DNA of 64,000 nucleotides from an uncultured beta proteobacterium (GCA_963716855.1 CAVQUV010000020.1:77271-141270), one strand, 5' to 3'. Counted from the stretch's first letter, positions 19,842 through 29,095 are shown. Program-made: numbers and translations. The notes: generated from the letters alone by a model not told the origin.

Positions 19842-20933
19842 ATGGAGCAGACGTCCCCGGCGCCCGGAGCCGCGCCGCCGCCGCCGGAAGTCGCGCCGGC
19901 CCCGCCGCCTCCGCCCGCGCCGGTCAACATCGTTGCCGCCGACGAGCCGAGTATCGAGCGTGCCGTCGAGCTGCTGCGCGCGGGCGACGTCGTCGCCTTC
20001 CCGACCGAAACGGTGTACGGGCTCGGCGCGGACGCCGCGAACGCCGACGCGGTCGCAAGGATCTACGCGCTGAAGGGTCGGCCGACCGCCCACCCGGTGA
20101 TCGTCCATCTCGCCGACACCGCCCGGCTCGATGAATGGGCGGTCGACGTTTCCCGGGAGGCGCGCAAGCTCGCGCAGGCCTTCTGGCCCGGGCCGCTGAC
20201 CCTGGTCCTCAAGCGCGCCCCGCACGTGCCGGACGCAGTGACGGGTGGACAGGACACGGTGGGCCTGCGCGTACCTTCGCATCCGGTCGCGCAGGCGCTC
20301 CTCGCGCGGTTCTGCGGCGAACACGGTGGACGCCGCTTTAGCGGCGTGGCCGCGCCGTCCGCCAACAAGTTCGGACGGGTCAGCCCGACGCTGGCCGAGC
20401 ACGTGTTCGCCGACTTCGCGCTCGCCGTGCCGCTCATCCTCGACGGCGGCGCGACGAACGTCGGAATCGAATCCACCATCGTCGATTTTTCGGGCGAGCG
20501 GCCGCGCCTGCTGAGACCGGGCGGCGTTTCGGTCGCCGCGATCGAGGCGGTGCTCGGCGAAGGCCTCGCGGCGGCGGACGAGTCGGCGCCGCGCGCCTCG
20601 GGGACGCTGCCGGCGCACTACGCGCCCAAGGCGCATGTGCGGCTGGTGAAGCGAATGGAGATGCTGGAGGCGCTCGCCTCGCACAAGGGGCGGCGGCTCG
20701 GCGTCCTCGCGCTCGAAGTGAGGGTGCCGCGGCTCAACCCGGCGCTGCAGCGCGTGGTGCCAGCGATTGCCGCGCAATACGCGCACGAGCTATACGCGGC
20801 GATGCGCGCGCTCGATGCGCAGAACGTGGACCTGATCCTGGTGGAAACGCCGCCCGGCTCGCCGGCCTGGGCGGCGGTGCACGATCGGCTCGCGCGCGCA
20901 GCGCGCGGTGCGACGGAAAGCGGCGCGACCTGA
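19842..20933 (+). CDS. tsaC: L-threonylcarbamoyladenylate synthase (long Sua5/YwlC-type TsaC) with Pro/Ala-rich N-terminal extension
   Basis: FPTETVYGLGADA, KGRP..HPVIVH, GLRVPSHP, SAN..G motifs plus Sua5-type C-terminal domain. Confidence 0.85.
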   Translation: MEQTSPAPGAAPPPPEVAPAPPPPPAPVNIVAADEPSIERAVELLRAGDVVAFPTETVYGLGADAANADAVARIYALKGRPTAHPVIVHLADTARLDEWAVDVSREARKLAQAFWPGPLTLVLKRAPHVPDAVTGGQDTVGLRVPSHPVAQALLARFCGEHGGRRFSGVAAPSANKFGRVSPTLAEHVFADFALAVPLILDGGATNVGIESTIVDFSGERPRLLRPGGVSVAAIEAVLGEGLAAADESAPRASGTLPAHYAPKAHVRLVKRMEMLEALASHKGRRLGVLALEVRVPRLNPALQRVVPAIAAQYAHELYAAMRALDAQNVDLILVETPPGSPAWAAVHDRLARAARGATESGAT

Positions 20934-20939
20934 CGCGCG

Positions 20940-21659
20940 TCAGCCGACGCGGTGGTATTCGACCAGCTCGTAGAGCTCGCGGTTGTTCGTCAGGATGTGC
21001 TGCAGCATGCGGGTGATGGTCGGGTCGCTCCACTGCTCCCACACCTGCAGCTTCACCGGTCCCCTCACCGCAGGCGAGTACCACTCGGTCTCGTAGCGCC
21101 GCGTCTGCGTGCGATAGCGGCCCGAATCGCCGAGATACAGGGTGCGCTCGATTCGCAACGCGTCGAACTCGCCGGCCGGAACGCGTACCTTCTCCCAGCC
21201 GATCACGCGGCCCTCGACACGCACCGCGCGCGTGCCGCCGGCCGCCGCATCGGACCGCAGCGTCTCCTGCGACCAGCGCTGGCCCGGTGCAAGCGTCGCG
21301 GGGTACAGCTGCAGCGGCGGGGTGAAGGTGCCGGATGGCACCTGAGTGCTGATGCGTCCTGCGCTGATCGCGCCAGCCGCCTGCGTACGGCGCTCGCCAC
21401 CTTCGCGCGCGTCGCCGCGCACGGTGATCACGTTGCCGCCGGGACCGGCTTCGACCACTTCGGCGATCCAGAGTCCGAGCTCGCGGCGCTGCCCGTAGCC
21501 GTCGATCTCGCGGTACGTCCAGGTGTCGCCGCGCGCGTACGAGGGAGCCGCAGCGGGTGCCTGCGCCTCGCTCGCGACCGGCACGACGAGGCCCGTTGCG
21601 ACGAAGACGGAAGCCAGCAGCGTCGCGAAGAGGCGTTCGTCGCGCACGGCCGGGCCCAT
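20940..21659 (-). CDS. Secreted hypothetical protein (paralog of 21664-22347)
   Basis: 239 aa, signal peptide ..VVPVASEAQA; shares GD.WTYR.ID.Y, WSQ, VPAGEF.A..ERT.YLGD, ETEWY.P..RG motifs with upstream neighbour. Confidence 0.7.
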   Translation of the reverse strand: MGPAVRDERLFATLLASVFVATGLVVPVASEAQAPAAAPSYARGDTWTYREIDGYGQRRELGLWIAEVVEAGPGGNVITVRGDAREGGERRTQAAGAISAGRISTQVPSGTFTPPLQLYPATLAPGQRWSQETLRSDAAAGGTRAVRVEGRVIGWEKVRVPAGEFDALRIERTLYLGDSGRYRTQTRRYETEWYSPAVRGPVKLQVWEQWSDPTITRMLQHILTNNRELYELVEYHRVG

Positions 21660-21663
21660 TCGC

Positions 21664-22347
21664 TCAGGGCGCCTTGTAAGACGTCAGCTCGTAGGTCGCC
21701 CGCACGCCCGGCATGAAGGATCCCATCGGGCAGCCGTAGCGCGCCTGGCAGAACTCCTCGAACACCACGACCTTCGCCGCGCCCCGGATGTCCGGCGCAT
21801 ACCACTCGGTCTCGGTACGCTGCGTGATTCCACGGAACGTGTCGTAGTCGCCGAGGTACATCGTGCGCTCGACCTTCATCGCCCGGAATTCCCCGGCGGG
21901 GACCTTGATCGTCTCCCAGCCATGCACCTTGCCGCGCACCAGCATCTCGCGCTTCTCGTTCGAGAAAGGGTCGTTGCGAATGACCTTTTGCGACCACGAC
22001 TTGCCCTCGGCGAGCGGGAACGGCATCAGCTGGAACGCGGGGTCCATCGTGCCGCGGGCCCGGTCGTTGAGCACGCCGGACGCGAGCTCGCCGGGCGCGC
22101 GGAAGAGGTCGTCGAACGACCCATCGGCGGAGCGCACCGCAACGCGGATGCCGCCCGCGTCGGTGCTCGTGACCTCGCGGGTCCAGGTGCCCGTCACCTG
22201 CTTGTTGTAGTTGTCGATTCCGCGATAGGTCCAAGCGTCGCCCGCCTTCAGCGCCGGCGCGGCCACCTGCGCCGCGACCGAAAACGACGTGCCCAACAGC
22301 GCTGCCGCGATAAGCGTCCGCGATGAGAACGATCCGAGTGGGGACAT
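21664..22347 (-). CDS. Secreted hypothetical protein (paralog of 20940-21659)
   Basis: 227 aa, signal peptide ..SFSVAAQVAA, SD GGAG upstream of ATG 22347; stop 4 nt before downstream paralog start. Confidence 0.7.
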   Translation of the reverse strand: MSPLGSFSSRTLIAAALLGTSFSVAAQVAAPALKAGDAWTYRGIDNYNKQVTGTWTREVTSTDAGGIRVAVRSADGSFDDLFRAPGELASGVLNDRARGTMDPAFQLMPFPLAEGKSWSQKVIRNDPFSNEKREMLVRGKVHGWETIKVPAGEFRAMKVERTMYLGDYDTFRGITQRTETEWYAPDIRGAAKVVVFEEFCQARYGCPMGSFMPGVRATYELTSYKAP

Positions 22348-22494
22348 GCGCGATCTCCTTTCTGCTGTTCGCTTCGGGTCTACCGCCGACGCGGTGACAT
22401 CCGGCTGCTACGGGCCGGCACGTCTTCCGGATGCAAACAGCGGCGCCGGGCGGATTGTTCCGCCGGCGGCGCGAAAGGATCAGTGTGAAAGAAC

Positions 22495-22556
22495 TAGCTG
22501 GAAAAAACCAGCGGAAAAAAAGCCAGCGGGAAAAACCAGCTGGAAGAAACCAGCAC
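22495..22556. repeat. Short tandem repeat, about 4.5 units of 13-15 nt (CCAGCNGGAAAAA)
   Basis: tagctggaaaaaa / ccagcggaaaaaaag / ccagcgggaaaaa / ccagctggaagaaa / ccagcac, directly 3' of the SapC stop codon. Confidence 0.8.
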
Positions 22557-23359
22557 TAGGCGCGCTTCGCGGACTTGGCGGCCGGGGCGGGCTTGGCCGT
22601 CGGCTCGGCCGGCTGCTCGGCGGCGGGGGCGATCTTCGCCCGGCGGGCGAGGAGGTGCCCGAAATTCTCGAGCGAGAGGAGGTGGGCGTAGATCCGCCCG
22701 ACGATGCCCTTCTTGAAGAGATTCTTGTGCTGCGCGGCGTTCAGGTGCTCGAGCTTCGACTCCTGGACCCGGAACATCCCCGCGAGATTGATCGGCGCAG
22801 CGCCGGTCGCGGGCGTCGCCTGCATGGTGAACGGCTCGAAGAGATCGTAGTCGGCGAGGATCGCGCAGAGCTCTCGGGTGCGCTCGAGGTCGGCCTCGTA
22901 CTCGCGCAGGAGCTGCTCGATCTGGGACCACCGCTGGGTGGGCTTGCCCTCGGCGTCGAACATCTTCTCTCCGGCGTCGGAGAGGAACGACTTCTCGACG
23001 CAGATCAGACGGTTCTCCTGGGGCGCGGTCCCCATGGTGACGCGGGCCATGCAGAACGGGTAGCGGCGCACGTAAGCGGGCACGTAGACGCCCTGCTCCC
23101 AGGCGCCGTTGCGCACGAACAGGTTCTCGGTCTGCGCCAGCCCGAGGACTGCGACCGCCGCGTAGCTCTTGCCCTGGTCGCTCGATGCGAACACGATCGG
23201 GAAATCGCGCGCCGCGGGCGCGAACTCGATGTAGCTCACCGGCATCGCATTCGTCTGGGCGCAGAACTCGGGAAGCTTCCCGGGCGCGGGCAGCGCGACC
23301 CCCTGGGTCTTCTGCAGCGGAACGATTTCACGGTAGCCGAATGGCGGGTTGATCTGCAT
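22556..23359 (-). CDS. SapC family protein
   Basis: 267 aa; N-terminal PLQ....G..LP, YIEFAPAARDFPIVF, VPAYVRRYPF typical of SapC family; SD GGAGAA before ATG 23359. Confidence 0.75.
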   Translation of the reverse strand: MQINPPFGYREIVPLQKTQGVALPAPGKLPEFCAQTNAMPVSYIEFAPAARDFPIVFASSDQGKSYAAVAVLGLAQTENLFVRNGAWEQGVYVPAYVRRYPFCMARVTMGTAPQENRLICVEKSFLSDAGEKMFDAEGKPTQRWSQIEQLLREYEADLERTRELCAILADYDLFEPFTMQATPATGAAPINLAGMFRVQESKLEHLNAAQHKNLFKKGIVGRIYAHLLSLENFGHLLARRAKIAPAAEQPAEPTAKPAPAAKSAKRA

Positions 23360-23487
23360 CGCTCTTCTCCGGTGGCTGAGCTAGGCAGTTGGCCACGGAC
23401 CCCCACCACCCGCAACCGCCGCGCGGCTGCCCCTGTGGAGATTCTGGCGTTCGGGACCTCAATTCGGTAAAATCGCGCCCTCTCCGT

Positions 23488-23563
<76 letters not shown>

Positions 23564-23621
23564 GACTCCCTCCCGGCCCGTGCCTTCCGCGGGCCCTTTG
23601 CCTCGAGCGCCGGAGCCTGCC

Positions 23622-25152
23622 GTGCCGATCGCCGCGACCGCCAGGAAGAATTTCTACAAGGACTCCGTCGCGCTGATGCGCATCGCCCAGACGGTCGGTG
23701 CGCGCGCGGGCCTGGGACGGGTGTCGCTGCTGATGGGCACGCCGGCGAACAAGGACATCCTCGCGCAGGCCGGCCTGCTCGTCCCCGAACTCGTCGCGGC
23801 GGCGCCTGCCGACCTCATGATCCTGGTCGACGGGGAGCAGGATGCGCTCGCCGCGGCGCTCGCCGCGATCGAGGAGCAGCTGGCGGGGCGCGAGGCGGCT
23901 CCTGCGGGGGAGCGCACCGAGATTGCGCCGCGCTCGATCGCGATGGGGGTCGACCGCCTCGAGCGCGCGACGCTCGCGCAGATTTCGGTGCCAGGCCCGT
24001 ACGCCGCGGCGGAGACGCTGAAGGCGCTCAAGCGCGGCCTGCACGTCTTTCTCTTCAGCGACAACGTGCCACTCGCCGAGGAGCAGGCGGTCAAGCGCCT
24101 GGCCTCGAAAAAGGGTCTGCTTGTGATGGGGCCGGACTGCGGCACCGCGATCATCGGCGGCGTGCCGCTCGGTTTCGCGAATGCGGTGCGGCGCGGCGCG
24201 ATCGGCATCGTCGGCGCATCCGGGACCGGCATGCAGGAGGTGACCTGCCGCATCCACGCGCTCGGCGAAGGCGTCTCGCACGCCATCGGCACCGGCAGCC
24301 GCGACGTGTACGAGGAGATCGGCGGCACGACGCTGCTTGCGGGTCTGGATCTGCTCGCGCGCGATCCCGGGACGCGCGTGATCGTGATCGTCTCGAAGCC
24401 GCCTTCGCCCATGGTCGCCGACCGCGCGCTCGCCGCAGCGCGCGCGTGCGGCAAGCCGGTCGTCGTGCTGTTCCTCGGCGCGAAACTCGCCGGCGGCGGC
24501 AATGTCCATCCGGTCGTAACGCTCGAGGAAGCGGCCGCTACGGCGGTGTCCGTCTCGCGCGGCGAGAAGGCGGCCGCCGCGGCGAGCGGGTTCGGGGCGC
24601 TCGCCGCGAAGCTCGCGCCGGGGCAGCGATTCCTGCGCGGGCTCTATTCGGGCGGCACCTACTGCACCGAAGCGCAGTACGTCTGGAAGGACGCCGGCAT
24701 CGCGACCTGGTCGAACGCCCCGGTCGAGAAGAAGTACACCTTGCCCCATGGCGCTCCGAGTCGCGACCACACCGCGATCGACCTCGGCGCCGACGAGTTC
24801 ACCGTCGGCCGCCCGCATCCCATGATCGATTTTGCCGCGCGTACGGAGCGACTCCTCGCCGAGGCGCGCGATCCGTCGGTGGCGGCCGTCGTCCTGGACG
24901 TGGTGCTCGGCTATGGCGCGAACGCTGATCCTGCCGGGGAGCTCGCGCCGGCCGTGGTCGAGGCGCGCGCGATCGCGGCGCGGGACGGTCGCGAGCTGGT
25001 CGTGCTCGGTTTCGTCTGCGGCACCGACGACGATCCGCAGGGCCTTGATGGCGCAGACGGCGAAGCTGCGCGAGGCGGGGATGATCCTCGCGGGCGGCTC
25101 CACCGCCGCCGCGCGCCTCGCGACGCGCGTCGTGGCCCATAGGGCGTCTTAG
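23622..25152 (+). pseudogene. fdrA: FdrA family protein (CoA-ligase/succinyl-CoA-synthetase-alpha-like; E. coli FdrA/AllF type), one extra base near 25050
   Basis: Frame 0 from GTG 23622 (alt 23580) reads KNFYKDSVALMR.., GIVGASGTG.., GTGSRD.. up to ..DDDPQGLD. The C-terminus AQTAKLREAGMILAGGSTAAARLATRVVAHRAS continues in frame +1 to TAG 25150-25152. Junction: gat-[g]-gcg. Confidence 0.8.
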
Positions 25153-25165
25153 CAGTCCGGCATAC

Positions 25166-26185
25166 ATGCCTCGACCGGACCGCAGCGCAAGGCACGAGCC
25201 TTTGGCAGCGCGCCGATCGGGTGCTGCGCGAGGCGCGCGGCCCTCGTTCGATTCCAAGCTCGTTGTCGTCGCCTTCGGCGGCAACGCGGTCTATCCGCCG
25301 ACGATCAAAGGCACGGCGCAGGAGCAGCTCGACATCATGGAGGAGGCGTGCGAGCACCTCGTTCCGGTGTTCCGCGCCGGCTATCGCGCGGTGCTCACCC
25401 ACGGCAACGGCCCGGTGGTCGGCAACATCCTCTTCCGGATGGCGCGCACTTCGCGCGAGCTCGTGCCGATGCCGATGGACGTGTGCGTCGCGCACTCGCA
25501 GGGCGGCATGGGCTACATGCTGCAGCAGAGCCTCGCGAACATCCTGGCGAAGCACGGCATGGACGTGTCCGTGTCCTCGATCGTGACCGAGGTCGAAGTC
25601 GCGCCGGACGATCCGGCGTTCGCGCACCCGACCAAGCCGGTCGGGAGATTCTTCACGCAGGAAGAGGCCGGGCGGATCGCCGCCGAGACGGGCTGGGACT
25701 TCGTCGAGGACTCGGGGCGCGGCTACCGTCGCGTCGTGCCCTCGCCGGTGCCGCTGAGGATTCTCGATGCGCCTGCAATCAACGCGCTGCTCGGAGCGGG
25801 AGTCATCCCGATCGCGGCGGGCGGCGGCGGCATCCCGGTGGTGCGCGACGGTACGCGCTATCGCGGCGTGGCGGCGGTGATCGACAAGGACATGACGAGC
25901 GCGCTGCTCGCCGCGGACGTCGGCGCCGGGACGCTGGTGATGCTCACCGGCGTCGAGCGCGTGGCGCTCGATTTCGGCAAGCCCAGCCAGCGCGTACTCG
26001 ATCGCATGACCGCGGCCGAAGCGCGCCGGCATCTCGCCGACGGCCAGTTCCCGCCGGGAAGCATGGGGCCGAAGATCACCGCGGCGCTGCGCTATCTCGA
26101 GCGTGGCGGGCCGCGGGCGCTGATCACCTCGCTCGAGAAGCTCGACGCGCGCTCGAGGCATGCAGGAACTGAGGTCGTGCCATGA
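25166..26185 (+). CDS. arcC: Carbamate kinase
   Basis: VVAFGGNA, THGNGPVVG, KDM.SALLA, GGGGIPV motifs; the ~30-aa N-terminal extension from ATG 25166 may be spurious (start uncertain). Confidence 0.85.
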   Translation: MPRPDRSARHEPLAARRSGAARGARPSFDSKLVVVAFGGNAVYPPTIKGTAQEQLDIMEEACEHLVPVFRAGYRAVLTHGNGPVVGNILFRMARTSRELVPMPMDVCVAHSQGGMGYMLQQSLANILAKHGMDVSVSSIVTEVEVAPDDPAFAHPTKPVGRFFTQEEAGRIAAETGWDFVEDSGRGYRRVVPSPVPLRILDAPAINALLGAGVIPIAAGGGGIPVVRDGTRYRGVAAVIDKDMTSALLAADVGAGTLVMLTGVERVALDFGKPSQRVLDRMTAAEARRHLADGQFPPGSMGPKITAALRYLERGGPRALITSLEKLDARSRHAGTEVVP

Positions 26186-26219
26186 GTCAGCGCACGGGAG
26201 GCTCCCTCCCCCCGACACT

Positions 26220-26235
26220 GGGGGGGGGGGGGGGG
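26220..26235 (+). repeat. Homopolymeric G16 tract preceded by C-rich complement (ctccctcccccc-gacact-G16)
   Basis: Counted directly: g at 26220 plus 15 g at 26221-26235; lies between carbamate kinase stop (26185) and GTG 26293. Confidence 0.9.
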
Positions 26236-26292
26236 CAGCGCGCCGATCGGGCGCCGCTGGCCACGTGCCGCGCGGTGGACGGAGATCGTCGC

Positions 26293-27105
26293 GTGAACGT
26301 GCTCGCGATCGGGCGCAAGGCGCGCGCGGCGCTGGAGGCGAGCGGCGGGGTCGCGCGGCCGCTCGCGGCGTTTCCCGATGCGCCCTACTTCGAGGCTGCT
26401 GGCGAGATCGTGTGGGTCGGGTCGAAGCTGCCGGCGCGGCACCCGCGCGCGGTGCTGACTGCGCAGCCGGTCGCGCGCAGCGCCGAGGTCTCGTTCGGCG
26501 CGCTGCCGGGCGAGGCGTGGTCGCGCGCAATGCCCCAGCGTGTCGAGCCCGCAGTCGTGGCGAGCGCATGTCGCCGTCTCCTCGGTGCCATCGACCGCGT
26601 CGGCGAGCCGCGGGGATTCGGCGCACTGCTTGCACGCATGATGCCGGCGTTTCCGCTCGATCTCGCGGCGCCGAGGGTGCGGATGCTCGCGGCGGCGTAT
26701 GGAGCCGATGATGCGCAAACGGTATACGCGGCATCGCGGGCGCTGCTGGGTCTGGGCACCGGCCTGACCCCGTCGGGCGACGATCTCGCCGGCTCGGCGC
26801 TGTTCGGTCGCATGCTCGTCGACCGTGGCGAGCGATGGCGCGCGATCGGGGCGCGGCTTGCGACCGATGCCCGCACCGCGAGCCACGCGATCAGTGCGGC
26901 GCTCCTCGCGGACCACGTGGCGGGCGAAACATTCGAGTCGCTGCACGCGCTGGCCGACGCGCTGGTCGACGGCGACGACGCTGCCGCACTGGAGGCGGCG
27001 CGGACGCTGGTTGCGCTGGGCCACTCGTCGGGCTGGGACATGCTCACCGGGTTCGCCATTGGCGTGACCAGCGGCGTAACCGGCGAACTGAAGGGGGTAG
27101 GGTGA
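26293..27105 (+). CDS. ylbF: DUF2877 family protein (E. coli YlbF/AllH type)
   Basis: GTG 26293 gives 270 aa, about the usual family length as I recall it. An alternative ATG 26182 (ATGA overlap with the carbamate kinase stop) would add 37 aa, including GGGGG encoded by the poly-G tract. TPSGDDLAGS and GHSSGWDML motifs. Confidence 0.7.
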   Translation: MNVLAIGRKARAALEASGGVARPLAAFPDAPYFEAAGEIVWVGSKLPARHPRAVLTAQPVARSAEVSFGALPGEAWSRAMPQRVEPAVVASACRRLLGAIDRVGEPRGFGALLARMMPAFPLDLAAPRVRMLAAAYGADDAQTVYAASRALLGLGTGLTPSGDDLAGSALFGRMLVDRGERWRAIGARLATDARTASHAISAALLADHVAGETFESLHALADALVDGDDAAALEAARTLVALGHSSGWDMLTGFAIGVTSGVTGELKGVG

Positions 27106-28556
27106 AGAACGACCTGCTGCACGATCGCCTCGGCGTGGTGAACGTCGGGCTGGAGATGTTCACCGAGAGCGTGGCGCGCGCGGGCGCGCCGCTTGCGCAC
27201 CTCGACTGGCGGCCGGCCGGCGACGGCGACGCGAAGCTCGCGTGGGTGCTCGCGCAACTCGCCGGCGACCCCGACGATCCGAAGTCCCCGGGCACGCGCG
27301 TGGACCGCGCGAACCAGGTTGCCACCGAGCGCATGCTGGCGGCGCGGCCGGTCCTCGTCGACGTCGCGCTGCGGGCCGACGAGATCTGGCCCGAGCTCTG
27401 GGCGAACGGGAAGAGAACGCTTACGCACGCCGGCGCACCGATCCCGTGGGCGCGGATGTGCGATCCGATGAAGGGCACGATGATCGGCGCGATGCTCTAC
27501 GAGGGATGGGCCGCCACCCCGGAGGCGGCGGCCGATCGCCTCGCGCGCGGCGAGGTCGCGTTTCTGCCGAACCACGACGTGCGCGCGGTGGGCCCGATGT
27601 CGGGTGCGATCTCGCCGTCGATGCCGGTGTTCGTTGTGAAGAACGCGACCCACGGCAACATGGCCTACACGAACTTCAGCGAGGGCATCGGCCGCGTGCT
27701 GCGCTTCGGCGCCTACGGCCCCGAAGTGATCGAGCGGCTGAAGTGGATCGCTGGCGTGATCGCGCCGGCGCTCAAGACGGCGCTCGCAGGCCTTCCGGAC
27801 GGCGTGGACCTCAAGTCGATCCAGTCGCAGGCGCTGCTGATGGGCGACGAAGTGCACAGCCGGAATGCCGCGGCAACGGCGCTCTTTCACATGGCCATCG
27901 GCGGCGCGCTCGCCGGCAGCGCGTTCGATCGCGCGCGCGCGCGCGAGGCGCTCGACTTCATTGCGGCCACCAGCCAGTTCTTCCTCAATCTCTCGATGGT
28001 CGCGTCGAAGGCGATCATGGACGCGACGCACGGCGTCGCGGGCTCGTCCATCGTGACGGCGATCGCGCGCAACGGCGTCACCACCGCGATCCGGGTCAGC
28101 GGTCTCGGTTCGCGGTGGTTCGAGTCGCCCTCCGACATGCCGATCGGGCTGTTCTTCCCGGGGTTCAAGCAGGAGGATGCCAACGCCGACCTCGGCGACA
28201 GCGCGATCTGCGAGACCGCGGGTTACGGCGGCCAGGCGCTCGCCGCGTCGCCCGCGCTGGTGCAGCTCGTCGGCGGCAGCGTCGCGCAGGCGGTCGAGTA
28301 CTCGCGCGAGATGTACCACGTGACCTGGACGCGCAACCCGGTGATGTCGCTGCCGAACCTCGAGTTCGCCGGCGGCCCGGCGGGCATCGACGTGCGCAAG
28401 GTCGTCGACACCGGCATCCGCCCGGTCGTGACGACCGGCATCGCCCACAAGCAGGCCGGCATCGGCCAGATCGGCGCCGGCATCGTGCGCGTGCCGATGG
28501 CCTGCTTCACGCAGGCGACGCTCGCGCTCGCCGAGAGCCTCGGCGTCCCCGCTTAG
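27102..28556 (+). CDS. ylbE: DUF1116 family protein (E. coli YlbE/AllG type)
   Basis: GTG 27102 overlaps upstream stop (GTGA); 484 aa; family recognised from sequence and from conserved neighbourhood with fdrA/DUF2877/carbamate kinase. Confidence 0.75.
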   Translation: MKNDLLHDRLGVVNVGLEMFTESVARAGAPLAHLDWRPAGDGDAKLAWVLAQLAGDPDDPKSPGTRVDRANQVATERMLAARPVLVDVALRADEIWPELWANGKRTLTHAGAPIPWARMCDPMKGTMIGAMLYEGWAATPEAAADRLARGEVAFLPNHDVRAVGPMSGAISPSMPVFVVKNATHGNMAYTNFSEGIGRVLRFGAYGPEVIERLKWIAGVIAPALKTALAGLPDGVDLKSIQSQALLMGDEVHSRNAAATALFHMAIGGALAGSAFDRARAREALDFIAATSQFFLNLSMVASKAIMDATHGVAGSSIVTAIARNGVTTAIRVSGLGSRWFESPSDMPIGLFFPGFKQEDANADLGDSAICETAGYGGQALAASPALVQLVGGSVAQAVEYSREMYHVTWTRNPVMSLPNLEFAGGPAGIDVRKVVDTGIRPVVTTGIAHKQAGIGQIGAGIVRVPMACFTQATLALAESLGVPA

Positions 28557-28587
28557 CCCATGCGCGGCGCTCGCGCCCGTCCGCCGC

Positions 28588-28617
28588 TTGACTCAATAGG
28601 TGTATATGCACTAATGT
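28588..28617 (+). promoter_or_regulatory. Putative sigma70 promoter of marR-MFS operon (TTGACT-18 nt-TAATGT); mRNA possibly leaderless
   Basis: -10 hexamer ends 7 nt before ATG 28625; no SD in between; near-palindrome TGTATATGCA between the hexamers could be the MarR box. Confidence 0.35.
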
Positions 28618-28624
28618 CGCGATC

Positions 28625-29095
28625 ATGTCCGACGCAGAGGTCCGGATTGCCGGCTGCACGTGCGATCGCCTGCGCAAGCTTGCGCGGCGGCTCACGCAGC
28701 GCTACGACACTCACCTGGCGCCGACCGGCCTGCGGCTGACGCAGTTCTCGCTGCTCGCGCATCTGATGCGCGGCGGACCGGCGACGATGTCCGCCCTTGC
28801 CGAGCTCCTCGAGATGGATCGCACCACCCTGACGCGCAACCTGAAGCCGCTGGCGGACGCCGGGCTCGTCGCGATGGATGCCGGCCGCGACGCGCGCGAG
28901 CGGGTCGTGAGCCTCTCGGACCAGGGCCGGACGGTCTGGCGCGCCGCACGCGAGCACTGGCGTCGTGCGCAGGACGAGGTGAACCAGGTGCTCGGGCTCG
29001 AGCAGGTTGTCGCATTGCACCGGGAGCTCGACGGCTCGCTCGAGACGCTCAGGAATCGAACGCGCGGCCGCGCCGCGGCAAGGAAACGCGCATGA
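28625..29095 (+). CDS. MarR family transcriptional regulator
   Basis: 156 aa; winged-helix segment LTQFSLLAHLMRGGPATMSALAELLEMDRTTLTRNLKPLADAGLV. Confidence 0.9.
   Translation: MSDAEVRIAGCTCDRLRKLARRLTQRYDTHLAPTGLRLTQFSLLAHLMRGGPATMSALAELLEMDRTTLTRNLKPLADAGLVAMDAGRDARERVVSLSDQGRTVWRAAREHWRRAQDEVNQVLGLEQVVALHRELDGSLETLRNRTRGRAAARKRA

Noticed and set aside
20930-20943. 14-bp perfect palindrome CTGACGCGCGTCAG spanning the convergent stop codons of tsaC and 20940-21659, considered as a bidirectional terminator
   Set aside because: The stem is too short, with no loop and no T/A tracts. It may be a by-product of two facing TGA codons joined by CGCGCG, and I cannot support a function.
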